Source: Paramoeba atlantica (taxonomy: Eukaryota > Protista > Discosea). Taken from it: 64,000 nt of DNA. A program made the position numbers and the translations under genes. Location of the stretch: assembly GCA_977017575.1 (NCBI GenBank), contig CDRNVI010000150.1:6969-70968 (forward strand), in the 5' to 3' direction. Positions 24,041 to 36,485 of this stretch are shown here, one piece after another. Numbering within the stretch: the first letter of the stretch is position 1; each line of letters starts with the position of its first letter. A model generated the notes under the pieces. The model saw nothing but the letters and a program-made list of their open reading frames with translations. It searched no databases and had not been told where the DNA came from.

Positions 24041-25475
24041 TTCAAATGACTCACTCACATTTGTTCAATACTCACCACCCCCCATGTTATTTCATTTATC
24101 TGCAACATCTTCGGATTCCTTTTGAAGAGACACCCAAAATAAAAACTCCTTGTGATCCCCTTTCGTTTCGTTTCAGAATACTTGGCACCACCCAATCTGA
24201 GGAACCTTTTTTATCATCCCAGAGCTAAGCAAGTTTATCCGGCGCGCCTACTTCACTGTTGTGAACTGGAGCAAGACCAAATGGCCATTGGCCAGTGGGC
24301 ATTGCTCCAGGTATTATTTGAATCATCAGGCACAGGGTTTAATTTGGGTATTGGACAGGTACTTCTTTCCCTTCTCAGAAAATATCGATTGCATCTGGTC
24401 AATGACCATACACATCAATGTTTTCAACACTTAATTAATCTTTTCTTTTGAAGAAAGGGGACCCTTTTTTTTGAATTTCAGGAGGCAACAAAAAAACCAC
24501 TGTTCACATATTTGAAGCTTCCTTTACCTCAAGAACAAATTTGTCTCTGGAACCAATTGTTGCCTCTTCAATATTGATAATAGATCGCAGTTCTTGAGAA
24601 AAGGGAATCCTCAAAAGGAATGAGTTGATCAAGAATGGGGTGAAGGACGGACCTCAAAGTTGTACCTCCCATCCTCCACCCATGTTTCATCACAATCTGT
24701 CTCTTCCAAAAATCTGTATCAAAGATATTTTCAAAGGAGAAGAAAAGATTGAAGTCCAAAAAAAGAAAAGATAAAACAGAAAGAAAGGAAACCTGATGTG
24801 ACAGTACAGTCATTTTTCCTTCCTGAAGAAAACGAAAAAAGAGACACGAGCAATAGTTTCTTCCAATCCAAGAAAATCTTATTTCTGTTGGAAGGCTTTC
24901 TTTCTCGCAATCTGGAATCCTCGAGGTCTTTTCCTTTCTCTAGTCCCTAAATTCAAGTTTCTGTGTTCCCTTTCCTCTTTTGAGGCTGGTCCTGATTGAA
25001 GAAGATTCGATTGTCCATCAAAAATTAATTCAAACCCTTTCTTTTTTGATTTTTCTCTGAAAATTTCAGCGGAAGAAGATAATCTCTGTCTTTACCTGAT
25101 GAAGAAGAGGTCTCTCCCAACCCAATAGAAATCCCCAGAACGAGAAACCGCTGAAGGAGAAGGACCATCGAACAAAAAACTGAACAAACCCAAAAGGAAA
25201 AAGCGGAAAAAGCGGAAAAAATTAGCGCTCTAAAAAACGCATTTTCAAACGCATTTTTTCAAAAATCGAATTTTTTTAGGTTCCTCAAAAAATCTCTTTC
25301 CACTTCAAAAAATCTGACTCGGATTTTTTTAGGATTTACTAAGATCACCTCCTTCCCCCTCATTTGGTATCATTTAAAAGGTTCCCATTTTCTCGATTTT
25401 TTTTTTTGTTTTCTGGTTGTTGAGATTTGCGAACACCGCCCCAATTTCTGTGGTTGTTGTTTGCTTGCTCGTTGA

Positions 25476-28400
25476 ATGAATTGTGTTTTTCTTTGTCAGG
25501 GGAGGAGTTCTTCTTCTCCTCCTTCTGGCTTTGCTTTTGATGGTGGCGGAGGTCAAAAACGGGGAAGAATATTCTCGTTTTTGGCTTTTGTCGTGGTGGT
25601 TGTTCTTCTGATTTCGCAAGGAGAGGGAGGTATTTTGACCATCCAAGATAACAATCAAGATCAAGCCGCGCCAACCGCGGTCTTCTATTATCGAATTGAA
25701 TCGAACGAGTCAATTCCCCAAGCGATCCTCAATCTTCCAACTGGAAGTTGGTCTTTTCCAACGGAAGATGAACCTCTTTGTGTCTCCGATGATCCTGCTT
25801 CGTGTCCCATCACAGAGATCTCGATCACCAATTGGTTTGTTTTTTAGATTTTTTTGTTTTTTGTTTTTCGTTTTTTTGTTTTTTTGTTTTTTTGTTTTAT
25901 TCCTTTGAACAAAGCTGTTCTGTCCACCAAAAGATTTCGTGTTCATGAAAAACGTAATTATTCTCTTATCTTTTTTTTCAAAAAGGGATGACATTGAACA
26001 AGAATATTATCACCAATCGATTGAGTTTATCACTCCATACGAAATGATTAATTTTTTGGGTTATGGTAAGTTTTTCTTTTGTGAAAAATACAATTTTTGT
26101 TCGGTTCTCAAAACAATTAATCTTCCTTTTTCCACAGTCCAATTTACTGGTGATCTCAGGAGTGTTAAAAATGACATTGGTGAGGATTTTTGATTATGAA
26201 TACCTATTTTAAATATCTTGATCATTTTTTTGATGTTTTTTTTTTAGAATCTCTTCGTTTAATGTATCGTAGTGGAACTGAAACAATCGGAGGGAATGAG
26301 TATGAAGGAAATGAAATTTCAGCAGGACCCGTCTATGTTACCGAAGATGGAATCCTTCGAAACAGTTGGGCTGTTACAACCGATCAAAGTTACGATTTCG
26401 ATGAACCAGTTGAAGATTGTTCGACTTCTGCTCTTTGTCCCCTGAATACTCCAATCCCTTGTCTCCTGAATAAGGATTGTTCTGCGAACGAGTGTCCGTT
26501 GTTACCTCAATGGTGGGAAGAAGCCACTTTTTTCGATGAGTATGGGTGTTATGCTCGACAAGGAGCTGATTACAAAACTGACCCAGCCAGAGACGAAGCA
26601 GTGGTTGAAGCAATCACAGGAAGAAAACAATGTTGTTTGCCAGAGCTTCCCAATCAATTCCCAACTGAAGAGTATTATCCTTACAATAGTTATGGAGATA
26701 CAAAGAAAGAAATCCCTTGTTCTTTGTTACCTTATTGTTCTGATGATGTATGGTCTGAAGATCCTTTTCATACAACGATGCCTGATGGAATGGATTATAC
26801 ATACTTTTATTTGGATAATGATGGTCGTATTTCGAATCTTGATCCATCAGATATTGTTGTTGAAGATGGAAGTGATTTTGTTCCTGACTTAAGAAGGAAG
26901 AAGTCTGCAATGTGTGATCCTGATATCTGGCCTCCTCGCCCTCGAAACGGACCTCGTTTGGATTTCTTCATTTCTGGGTATCGATCACTTACTGAAGAAG
27001 ATTTACCTTTTCCAATCCAATGGGGAGGTACTGGTTCAAATACCATCGATGGTCTGAAACAAACAATGCAAATTGGAACAATTGGATTCAAAGACTATGT
27101 TTCTGATGATGATTGGAGTGTGAAAGCTCTTGGTTTGAATCATGGTGGAACTGGAGGAACAACAGCTGAAGAAGCACGCCAAAACCTCGTGTTGGGTCGA
27201 TTAGCTCGTTTTGATACAATCGATGATTCCAATTGGAATGGTCGTGCTCTTGGTTTGTTGAATGGTGGGACTGGAAGTCGAGAACAAGAAACTGCTCGTC
27301 GAAATTTAGGTCTTGGTCTCTCTTCTGTTGAAGGAATCGATTATGAAATTGAATTCAATCAACAAATTAGTGGTATTCAAGTGACTGTTGATGCTCTTGG
27401 TGCTCTTGCTTTTGAAGATACCATTCGGCCTGCACTTTGGAGTGGAGAGACCCTTCCTCTTGTTGATGGTGGTGTTGATGCCAGTAATGCGATGGATGCT
27501 CGTTACAATCTCCTTCTTGGTCAAATGGCTCTGTATGATTATATTGGAGATAATAATTGGATGGGACCTCCTCTTTCTGTTGCGAATGGAGGAACTGGTT
27601 CAACTTCTGTTGAAGAGATTGGTGATACTCTTGAACTTGGAGATTTAGCTTATCTCGATTATGCAACAGATTTTGTGTGGGGTGGGGATCCTTTAAGTAT
27701 TGAAAATGGTGGAGTTGAAGCTACCAATGTTATTGATTCTCGTTTCAATCTTCTTCTTGGAGCTCTTGCGACTTTTGATTATGTTGGAAATGAACAATGG
27801 TTAGGACCTCCTCTTTCCATTGAAAATGGAGGAACTGGTGCGAACACTCTCGAACAAGCTGTTGATAATTTCGAACTTGGTCAAATGGCTTTTGTGGATG
27901 GAGTTGCTGATTATCTTTGGTCTGGTGATTCTCTCACAATGGTCAATGGGGGTCTTGAAGCAAACAATGCGATTGATTCTCGTTTCAATCTTCTTCTTGG
28001 TCATTTGTCAACTCTCGATTATGTTGGGAATGAACAATGGCTTGGATCTCCTCTTTCGATTGAAAATGGAGGAACTGGAGCAAATACTTTCGAACAAGTT
28101 GTTGATAACTTTGAATTGGGAGAACTTGCCTTTTTGGATGTCGTTGGAGATTCATTATGGAGTGGTGATTCTCTTAGTATTGAAAATGGTGGGTTCGATG
28201 CATCCAATGTGATTGATGCTCGTTACAATCTTCTTCTTGGTTATTTATCAACTCTCGATGCTGTTGGAAATGACCAATGGCTTGGAGCTCCTCTTTCAAT
28301 CGAAAATGGAGGAACTGGAGCCAACACTTTTGAAGAAGCTGTTGATAATTTCGAGTTGGGAGAACTTGCCTTTTTGGATGTTGTTAGAGATTCATTATGG

Positions 28401-31400
28401 AGTGGTGATTCTCTTAGTATCGAAAATGGAGGACTTGAAGCATCCAATGTGATTGATTCTCGTTACAATCTTCTTCTTGGTGCTTTATCAACTCTCGATT
28501 ATGTTGGAAACGAACAATGGCTTGGATCTCCTCTTTCAATCGAAAATGGAGGAACTGGAGCAAACACTTTCGAACAAGTTGTTGACAATTTCGAGTTGGG
28601 AGAACTTGCCTTTTTGGATGTTGTTAGAGATTCATTATGGAGTGGTGATTCTCTTAGTATTGAACATGGAGGACTTGAAGCATCCAATGTGATTGATTCT
28701 CGTTACAATCTTCTTCTTGGTCATTTATCAACTCTCGATTATGTTGGAAACGAACAATGGCTTGGATCTCCTCTTTCAATCGAAAACGGAGGAACTGGAG
28801 CCAATACTTTCGAACAAGTTGTTGATAACTTTGAGTTGGGAGAACTTGCCTTTTTGGATGTTGTTAGAGATTCATTATGGAGTGGTGATTCTCTTGGTAT
28901 TGAGAATGGTGGGTTTGAAGCATCCAATGTGATTGATGCTCGTTACAATCTTCTTCTTGGTGCTTTGTCAACCCTCGATTATGTTGGGAATGAACAATGG
29001 CTTGGATCTCCTCTTTCGATTGAAAATGGAGGAACTGGAGCAAATACTTTCGAACAAGTTGTTGATAATTTTGAGTTGGGAGAACTTGCCTTTTTAGATG
29101 TTGTTGGGGACTCTTTATGGAGTGGTGATTCTCTTGGTCTTGAAAATGGAGGACTTGAAGCATCCAATGTGATTGATTCTCGTTACAATCTTCTTCTTGG
29201 TGCTTTATCAACTCTCGATTATGTTGGAAACGAACAATGGCTTGGATCTCCTCTTTCGATTGAAAATGGAGGAACTGGAGCAAATACTTTCGAACAAGTT
29301 GTTGATAATTTTGAGTTGGGAGAACTTGCCTTTTTGGATGTTGTTGGAGATTCACTGTGGAGTGGTGATTCTCTTAGTATTGAAAATGGTGGGTTTGAAG
29401 CGAGTAATGTGATTGATGCTCGTTACAATCTTCTTCTTGGTGCTTTATCAACTCTCGATTATGTTGGAAACGAACAATGGCTTGGATCTCCTCTTTCAAT
29501 CGAAAACGGAGGAACTGGAGCAAATACTTTCGAACAAGTTGTTGATAATTTTGAGTTGGGAGAACTTGCCTTTTTGGATGTTGTTGGAGATTCATTATGG
29601 AGTGGTGATTCTCTTGGTATTGAAAATGGTGGTTTTGAAGCATCCAATGTGATTGATGCTCGATATAATCTTCTTCTTGGTGCTTTATCAACTCTCGATT
29701 ATGTTGGAAATGAACAATGGCTTGGATCTCCTCTTTCGATTGAAAACGGAGGAACTGGAGCCAATACTTTCGAACAAGTTGTTGATAATTTTGAGTTGGG
29801 AGAACTTGCCTTTTTGGATGTTATTGGAGATTCTTTATGGAGTGGTGACCCTTTAACTTTCGAAAATGGAGGACTTGAAGCAAACAATGTGATTGATTCT
29901 CGTTACAATCTTCTTCTTGGTGCTTTATCAACTCTCGATTATGTTGGAAACGAACAATGGCTTGGATCTCCTCTTTCCATTGAAAATGGAGGAACTGGAG
30001 CAAATACTTTCGAACAAGTTGTTGATAACTTTGAGTTGGGAGAACTTGCCTTTTTGGATGTTGTTGGAGATTCATTATGGAGTGGTGATTCTCTTAGTAT
30101 TGAAAATGGTGGGTTTGAAGCATCCAATGTGATTGATGCTCGTTACAATCTTCTTCTTGGTTATTTATCAACTCTTGATTTTGTCGGAAATGACCAATGG
30201 CTTGGAGCTCCTCTCTCCATTGAAAACGGAGGAACTGGAGCCAATACTTTCGAAGAAGCTGTTGATAATTTTGAGTTGGGAGAACTTGCCTTTTTGGATG
30301 TTGTTAGAGATTCATTGTGGAGTGGTGATTCTCTTAGTATCGAAAATGGTGGGTTTGAAGCATCTAATGTGATTGATGCTCGTTACAATTTGAATCTTGG
30401 ATATCTTTCAACCTACGATTATCTCGGAGATAACCTTTGGATTGGTCCTCCTCTTTCAGTGGACAATGGAGGAACTGGAGTGACCACTTATTATGATCTC
30501 ACAGATCGACTTGAACTTGGAGATTTGGCTTACTTAGATTATGTTATGGATTTCTATTATGGTGGTGATCCACTCTCAATCGAAAATGGTGGTTTTGAAG
30601 CTTCCAACATTCTTGATGCTCGTTACAATCTTAATCTTGGATATCTTGCAACATATGATTATCTTGGGGATAACCTTTGGATTGGTCCTCCTTTGGGAGT
30701 CAACAATGGAGGAACTGGAGTGACCTCTTATTATGATTTGACTGATGCTCTTGAACTTGGAGAGTTGGCTTATTTGGATTATGTGATGGATTATTATTAT
30801 GGTGGTGATCCACTCTCAATCGAAAATGGTGGTTTTGAAGCTTCCAATGTTCTTGATGCTCGTTACAATTTGAATCTTGGATATCTCTCAACTTACGATT
30901 ATCTTGGAGATAACCTTTGGATTGGTCCTCCTTTGGGTGTTAACAATGGAGGAACTGGAGTGACCTCTTATTATGATTTAACTGATGCTCTTGAACTTGG
31001 AGAGTTGGCTTACATGGATTATGTGATGGATTATTATTATGGTGGTGATTCTCTTAGTATCGAAAACGGTGGTTTTGAAGCTTCCAATGTTCTTGATGCT
31101 CGTTACAATTTGAATCTTGGATATCTCTCAACTTACGATTACCTTGGGGATAACCTTTGGATTGGCCCTCCTTTGGGTGTTAATAACGGAGGAACTGGAG
31201 TGACAACCTATTATGATTTAACTGATGAACTTGAACTTGGAGAGTTGGCTTACATGGATTATGTGATGGATTTCTATTATGGTGGTGAACCACTCTCAAT
31301 CGAAAATGGTGGTTTTGAAGCTTCTAATATTCTTGATGCTCGTTACAATCTTAATCTTGGGTATCTCTCGACCTACGATTACCTTGGAGATAACCTTTGG

Positions 31401-34400
31401 ATTGGTCCTCCTTTGGGTGTTAACAATGGAGGAACTGGAGTGACAACCTATTATGAGTTAACTGATGTTCTTGAACTTGGAGATTTAGCTTATTTAGATT
31501 ATGTAATGGATTTCTATTACAGTGGTGATCCTCTTTCGATCAAAAATGGGGGTTTTGAAGCTTCCAACATTCTTGATGCTCGTTACAATTTGAATCTTGG
31601 ATACCTCTCAACTTACGATTACATTGGGGATAACCTTTGGATTGGTCCTCCTTTGGGTGTTGATAATGGAGGAACTGGTGTTTCTTCTTATTATGATTTA
31701 ACTGATGTTCTTGAACTTGGAGATTTGGCTTATTTGGATTATGTGATGGATTTCTATTATGGTGGTGAACCACTTTCAATCGAAAATGGTGGGTTTGAAG
31801 CTTCGAATGTTCTTGATGCTCGTTACAATTTGAATCTTGGGTATCTCTCGACCTTTGATTACATTGGAGATAACCTTTGGATTGGTCCTCCATTAGGAGT
31901 TAACAATGGAGGAACTGGAGTGACAACCTATTATGAGTTAACTGATGCTCTTGAACTTGGAGAATTGGCTTATTTGGATTATGTGATGGATTACTATTAT
32001 GGCGGTGAACCCCTCTCAGTCGAGAATGGTGGTCTTGAAGCTCCCAATGTTATCGATGCTCGTTACAATCTTAATCTTGGATATCTCTCAACATTTGATT
32101 ACATTGGAGATAATCTTTGGATTGGTCCTCCTTTGGATGTCGATAATGGAGGAACTGGAGTGACCACTTATTATGAGTTGACTGATGTTCTTGAACTCGG
32201 AGATTTAGCTTATTTGGATTATGTAATGGATTTCTATTATGGTGGTGATGAACTTTCTATTGTGAATGGTGGAACTCAAGCAACTGATGTTCTTGATGTT
32301 CGTTACAATCTTAATCTTGGATATCTCTCAACTTACGATTACATTGGAAATAACCTTTGGATTGGTCCTCCTTTGAGCACCAACAATGGAGGAACTGGAG
32401 TTTCTTCTTATTATGATTTAACTGACGAACTTGAACTTGGAGAGTTAGCTTATTTGGATTATGTGATGGATTTCTATTACAGTGGTGAAGATTTATCTCG
32501 ATACAATGGAGGAACTGAAGCTTCTAATGTTATTGATGCTCGTTACAATCTTAATCTTGGATATCTCTCGACTTACGACTACATTGGAAATAATCTTTGG
32601 ATTGGTCCTCCTTTAGGTGTTGATAATGGAGGAACTGGAGTTTCTTCTTATTATGAGTTAACTGACGAACTGGAACTTGGAGAGTTAGCTTACTTAGATT
32701 ATGTAATGGATTATTATTATGGTGGAGACGAACTTTCTATTGTGAATGGTGGAACCCAAGCAACCAATGTTCTTGATGTTCGTTACAATCTTAATCTTGG
32801 GTATCTCTCAACTTACGATTACATTGGAAATAATCTTTGGATTGGTCCTCCTTTGGGTGTTGATAATGGAGGAACTGGTGTTTCTTCTTATTATGAGTTG
32901 ACTGACGAACTTGAACTTGGAGAGTTAGCTTACTTAGATTATGTGATGGATTATTATTATGGTGGAGACGAACTCTCAATTGTAAATGGTGGAACCCAAG
33001 CAACCAATGTTCTTGATGTTCGTTACAATCTTAATCTTGGATATCTCTCAACCTATGACTACATTGGAAATAACCTTTGGATTGGTCCTCCTCTTTCAGT
33101 GGACAATGGAGGGACTGGAGTTTCTTCTTATTATGATTTAACTGATGTTCTTGAACTTGGAGAGTTGGCTTACTTAGATTATGTGATGGATTATTATTAT
33201 GGTGGAGACGAACTTTCCATTGTGAATGGTGGAACTCAAGCAACCAATGTTCTTGATGTTCGTTACAATTTGAATCTTGGATATCTCTCAACTTACGATT
33301 ATCTTGGGGATAACCTTTGGATTGGTCCTCCTTTGGGTATCAACAATGGAGGAACTGGAGTGACCAATTATTATGATTTAACTGATGCTCTTGAACTTGG
33401 GGAGTTAGCTTATTTGGATTATGTGATGGATTTCTATTACAGTGGTGAAGATTTGTCTCGATACAATGGAGGAACTGAAGCTTCTAATGTTCTTGATGCT
33501 CGTTACAATCTTAATCTTGGATATCTTTCGACTTACGACTACATTGGAAATAACCTTTGGATTGGTCCTCCTTTAGGTGTTGATAATGGAGGAACTGGAG
33601 TTTCTTCTTATTATGAGTTAACTGACGAACTGGAACTTGGAGAGTTAGCTTACTTAGATTATGTGATGGATTATTATTATGGTGGAGATGAACTTTCTAT
33701 TGTGAATGGTGGGACCCAAGCAACCAATGTTCTTGATGTTCGTTACAATTTGAATCTTGGATATCTCTCGACCTATGATTATATTGGAGATAATCTTTGG
33801 ATTGGTCCTCCTCTTTCAGTGGACAATGGAGGAACTGGTGTTTCTTCTTATTATGAGTTAACCGACGAACTGGAACTTGGAGAGTTAGCTTACTTAGATT
33901 ATGTGATGGATTATTATTATGGTGGAGACGAACTTTCTATTGTAAATGGTGGAACCCAAGCAACCAATGTTCTTGATGTTCGTTACAATTTGAATCTTGG
34001 ATATCTCTCAACATATGATTACATTGGAGATAATCTCTGGATTGGTCCTCCTTTGGGTATCAACAATGGAGGAACTGGAGTGACCAATTATTATGATTTA
34101 ACTGACGAACTTGAACTTGGAGAGTTGGCTTATTTGGATTATGTGATGGATTTCTATTACAGTGGTGAAGATTTATCTCGATACAATGGAGGAACTGAAG
34201 CTTCTAATGTTCTTGATGCTCGTTACAATCTTAATCTTGGGTATCTCTCAACGTTTGATTACATTGGAAATAATCTTTGGATTGGTCCTCCTTTAGGTGT
34301 TGATAATGGAGGAACTGGAGTTTCTTCTTATTATGAGTTGACTGACGAACTTGAACTTGGAGAGTTAGCTTATTTGGATTATGTAATGGATTATTATTAT

Positions 34401-36122
34401 GGTGGAGACGAACTCTCAATTGTGAATGGAGGAACTCAAGCAACCAATGTTCTTGATGTTCGTTACAATCTTAATCTTGGATATCTCGCAACCTTTGATT
34501 ACCTTGGGGATAATCTTTGGATTGGCCCTCCTTTGGATGTCGATAACGGAGGAACTGGAGTGACCTCTTATTATGAGTTAACTGATGTTCTTGAACTTGG
34601 AGAATTAGCTTACTTAGATTATGTGATGGATTATTATTATGGTGGAGACGAACTCTCAATTGTAAATGGTGGAACCCAAGCAACCAATGTTCTTGATGTT
34701 CGTTACAATCTCAATCTTGGATATCTCTCGACTTATGATTACATTGGAGATGATCTTTGGATTGGTCCTCCTTTGGGCATCAACAATGGAGGAACTGGAG
34801 TGACCAATTATTATGATTTAACTGACGCTCTTGAACTTGGGGAGTTAGCTTATTTGGATTATGTGATGGATTTCTATTACAGTGGTGAAGATTTATCTCG
34901 ATACAATGGAGGAACTGAAGCTTCTAATGTTCTTGATGCTCGTTACAATCTTAATCTTGGGTATCTCTCAACCTTTGATTACATTGGAGATAACCTTTGG
35001 ATTGGTCCTCCTTTGGATGTTAGCAATGGAGGAACTGGAGTTTCTTCTTATTATGAGTTAACTGATGCTCTTGAACTTGGAGAGTTAGCTTACTTAGATT
35101 ATGTGATGGATTATTATTATGGTGGAGACGAACTTTCCATTGTGAATGGTGGAACTCAAGCAACCAATGTTCTTGATGTTCGATACAATCTTAATCTTGG
35201 ATATCTCTCGACTTACGATTACATTGGAGATAATCTTTGGATTGGTCCTCCTTTGGGCATCAACAATGGAGGAACTGGAGTGACCAATTATTATGATTTA
35301 ACTGATGCTCTTGAACTTGGAGAGTTAGCTTATTTAGATTATGTGATGGATTATTATTATGGTGGTGATGAACTTTCTCTTGTGAATGGTGGAACCCAAG
35401 CAACCAATGTTCTTGATGTTCGGTACAATCTTAATCTTGGATATCTCTCGACCTCTGATTATATTGGAGATGATCTTTGGATTGGTCCTCCTTTGGGCAT
35501 CAACAATGGGGGAACTGGAGTGAGTACTTATTATGAGTTAACTGATGTTCTTGAACTTGGAGAGTTGGCTTATTTGGATTATGTGATGGATTATTATTAT
35601 GGTGGTGATGAACTCTCAATGTTCAATGGTGGAACTGATGCTACGAAAGCAGTGGATCGAAGATATACCGCGCTTTTGGGACATCTCGCCACAGAAGATT
35701 ATCTTTCGAATGATCTTTGGATTGGAACACCTCTCTCTGTGATGAATGGTGGAACTGGTGCTTCAACTCCATCAGAAGCTCAAGAGAATCTTTACATTGG
35801 ATCAGTTGGGTTGTTGTGGTCTCTTGATAATGCTCATTGGAATTCTGGGCCACTTTCAATCGAAAATGGTGGGTCTGCTGGTTCTGATCTGACCGAAGCA
35901 AGAGAAAATTTGGGAGTCAGTTTATTAGGTTTCAATAATGAAGTGAGTGATTTGATTTGGGATTATTATGGTCCTCCTCTTGGAGTTGAGAATGGAGGAA
36001 CAGGTGCGGAGGATTTGCAATTGGGATGGAAGAATCTGGGTCTCTTTACAGAAGGTTTTATGGATCTATTTTGTGATATGTGGTTTGAGTATTATGAAGT
36101 TGATCTTTGTGATAATTCGTAG
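25476..36122 (+). CDS. Giant (about 3451 aa) predicted secreted or membrane-anchored acidic repeat protein with phage tail-fibre-like 40-aa repeats
   Basis: Exons 25476-25834, 25986-26065, 26138-26179 and 26248-36122 splice in frame through GT-AG introns (10356 nt, 3452 codons including stop). Features: hydrophobic segment IFSFLAFVVVVVLLISQG after QKRGR; Cys-rich region; then repeats such as LGLNHGGTGGTTAEEARQNLVLG and LSIENGGTGANTFEQVVDNFELG. Confidence 0.9.
27000..36030 (+). repeat. Coding tandem repeat: about 75 units of 120 bp (40 aa), mostly paired as 240-bp dimers
   Basis: The GG motif occurs at about 27022, 27143 and 27264, then every 120 bp from about 27471 to 35995 (72 units). Units differ mainly at synonymous positions. 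Confidence 0.95.
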
Positions 36123-36485
36123 ATTTAAAAACACAAAAAAAATAAAATCTGGTTCAACGAAAAAAATTCACTCAAAGGACAAGAGAAAGCCAGAAAAAAT
36201 GAAAAAATAAACCTTTGTTTCTGAAACTGATACTCCCTTTAAGAAGGGTGTGTGGAGTGGGAGAAGAGAGAAGAGTGAACCGAGTGTTGAGATTGGAGCG
36301 CGGGCGAACATTTTTAAGGTGGAGGCTTTTTTTTCAAAAAAAGGATTTCCGAAAATCCGTGAAAGGAAAATTTATTTATAAAGGTGACACGTCATCAATT
36401 TAGACCTTTTTTTGGACCTTTTCTTTTTTTGTTTTTGTTTTTGTTTTTGTTTTCTTCACCGCCTTGTTTGTTTTTGCACAAAAAA

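Noticed and set aside
24040-25300. Stop-codon reassignment (TGA=Trp) to rescue an ORF in the island
   Set aside because: The interruptions include TAA, TAG and TGA in all frames, and neighbouring genes use TGA as a normal stop.
26190-26247. ORF-track start of the 3310-aa ORF (MIMNTYFKYLDHFF..)
   Set aside because: It lies inside the GT-AG intron 26180-26247; the upstream exons splice in frame and supply the signal/anchor.
27820-34683. Periodic 62-79 aa ORFs in alternative frames and on the minus strand (MILVTIFF.., MDASNPPF.., MRDIQDSN..)
   Set aside because: These are shadows of the 240-bp coding repeat; they recur with the period and are broken by silent-site variation of the main frame.
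27000-36030. CRISPR array or RTX (GGxGxD) repeat interpretation
   Set aside because: Units are contiguous and in frame with no unique spacers, and GGTG is followed by A/V-x-T/S rather than the RTX nonapeptide pattern.
25476-36122. Prophage or endogenous virus interpretation of the fibre gene
   Set aside because: No capsid, terminase, polymerase, integrase or terminal repeats are nearby; the gene has spliceosomal introns and host-type neighbours.
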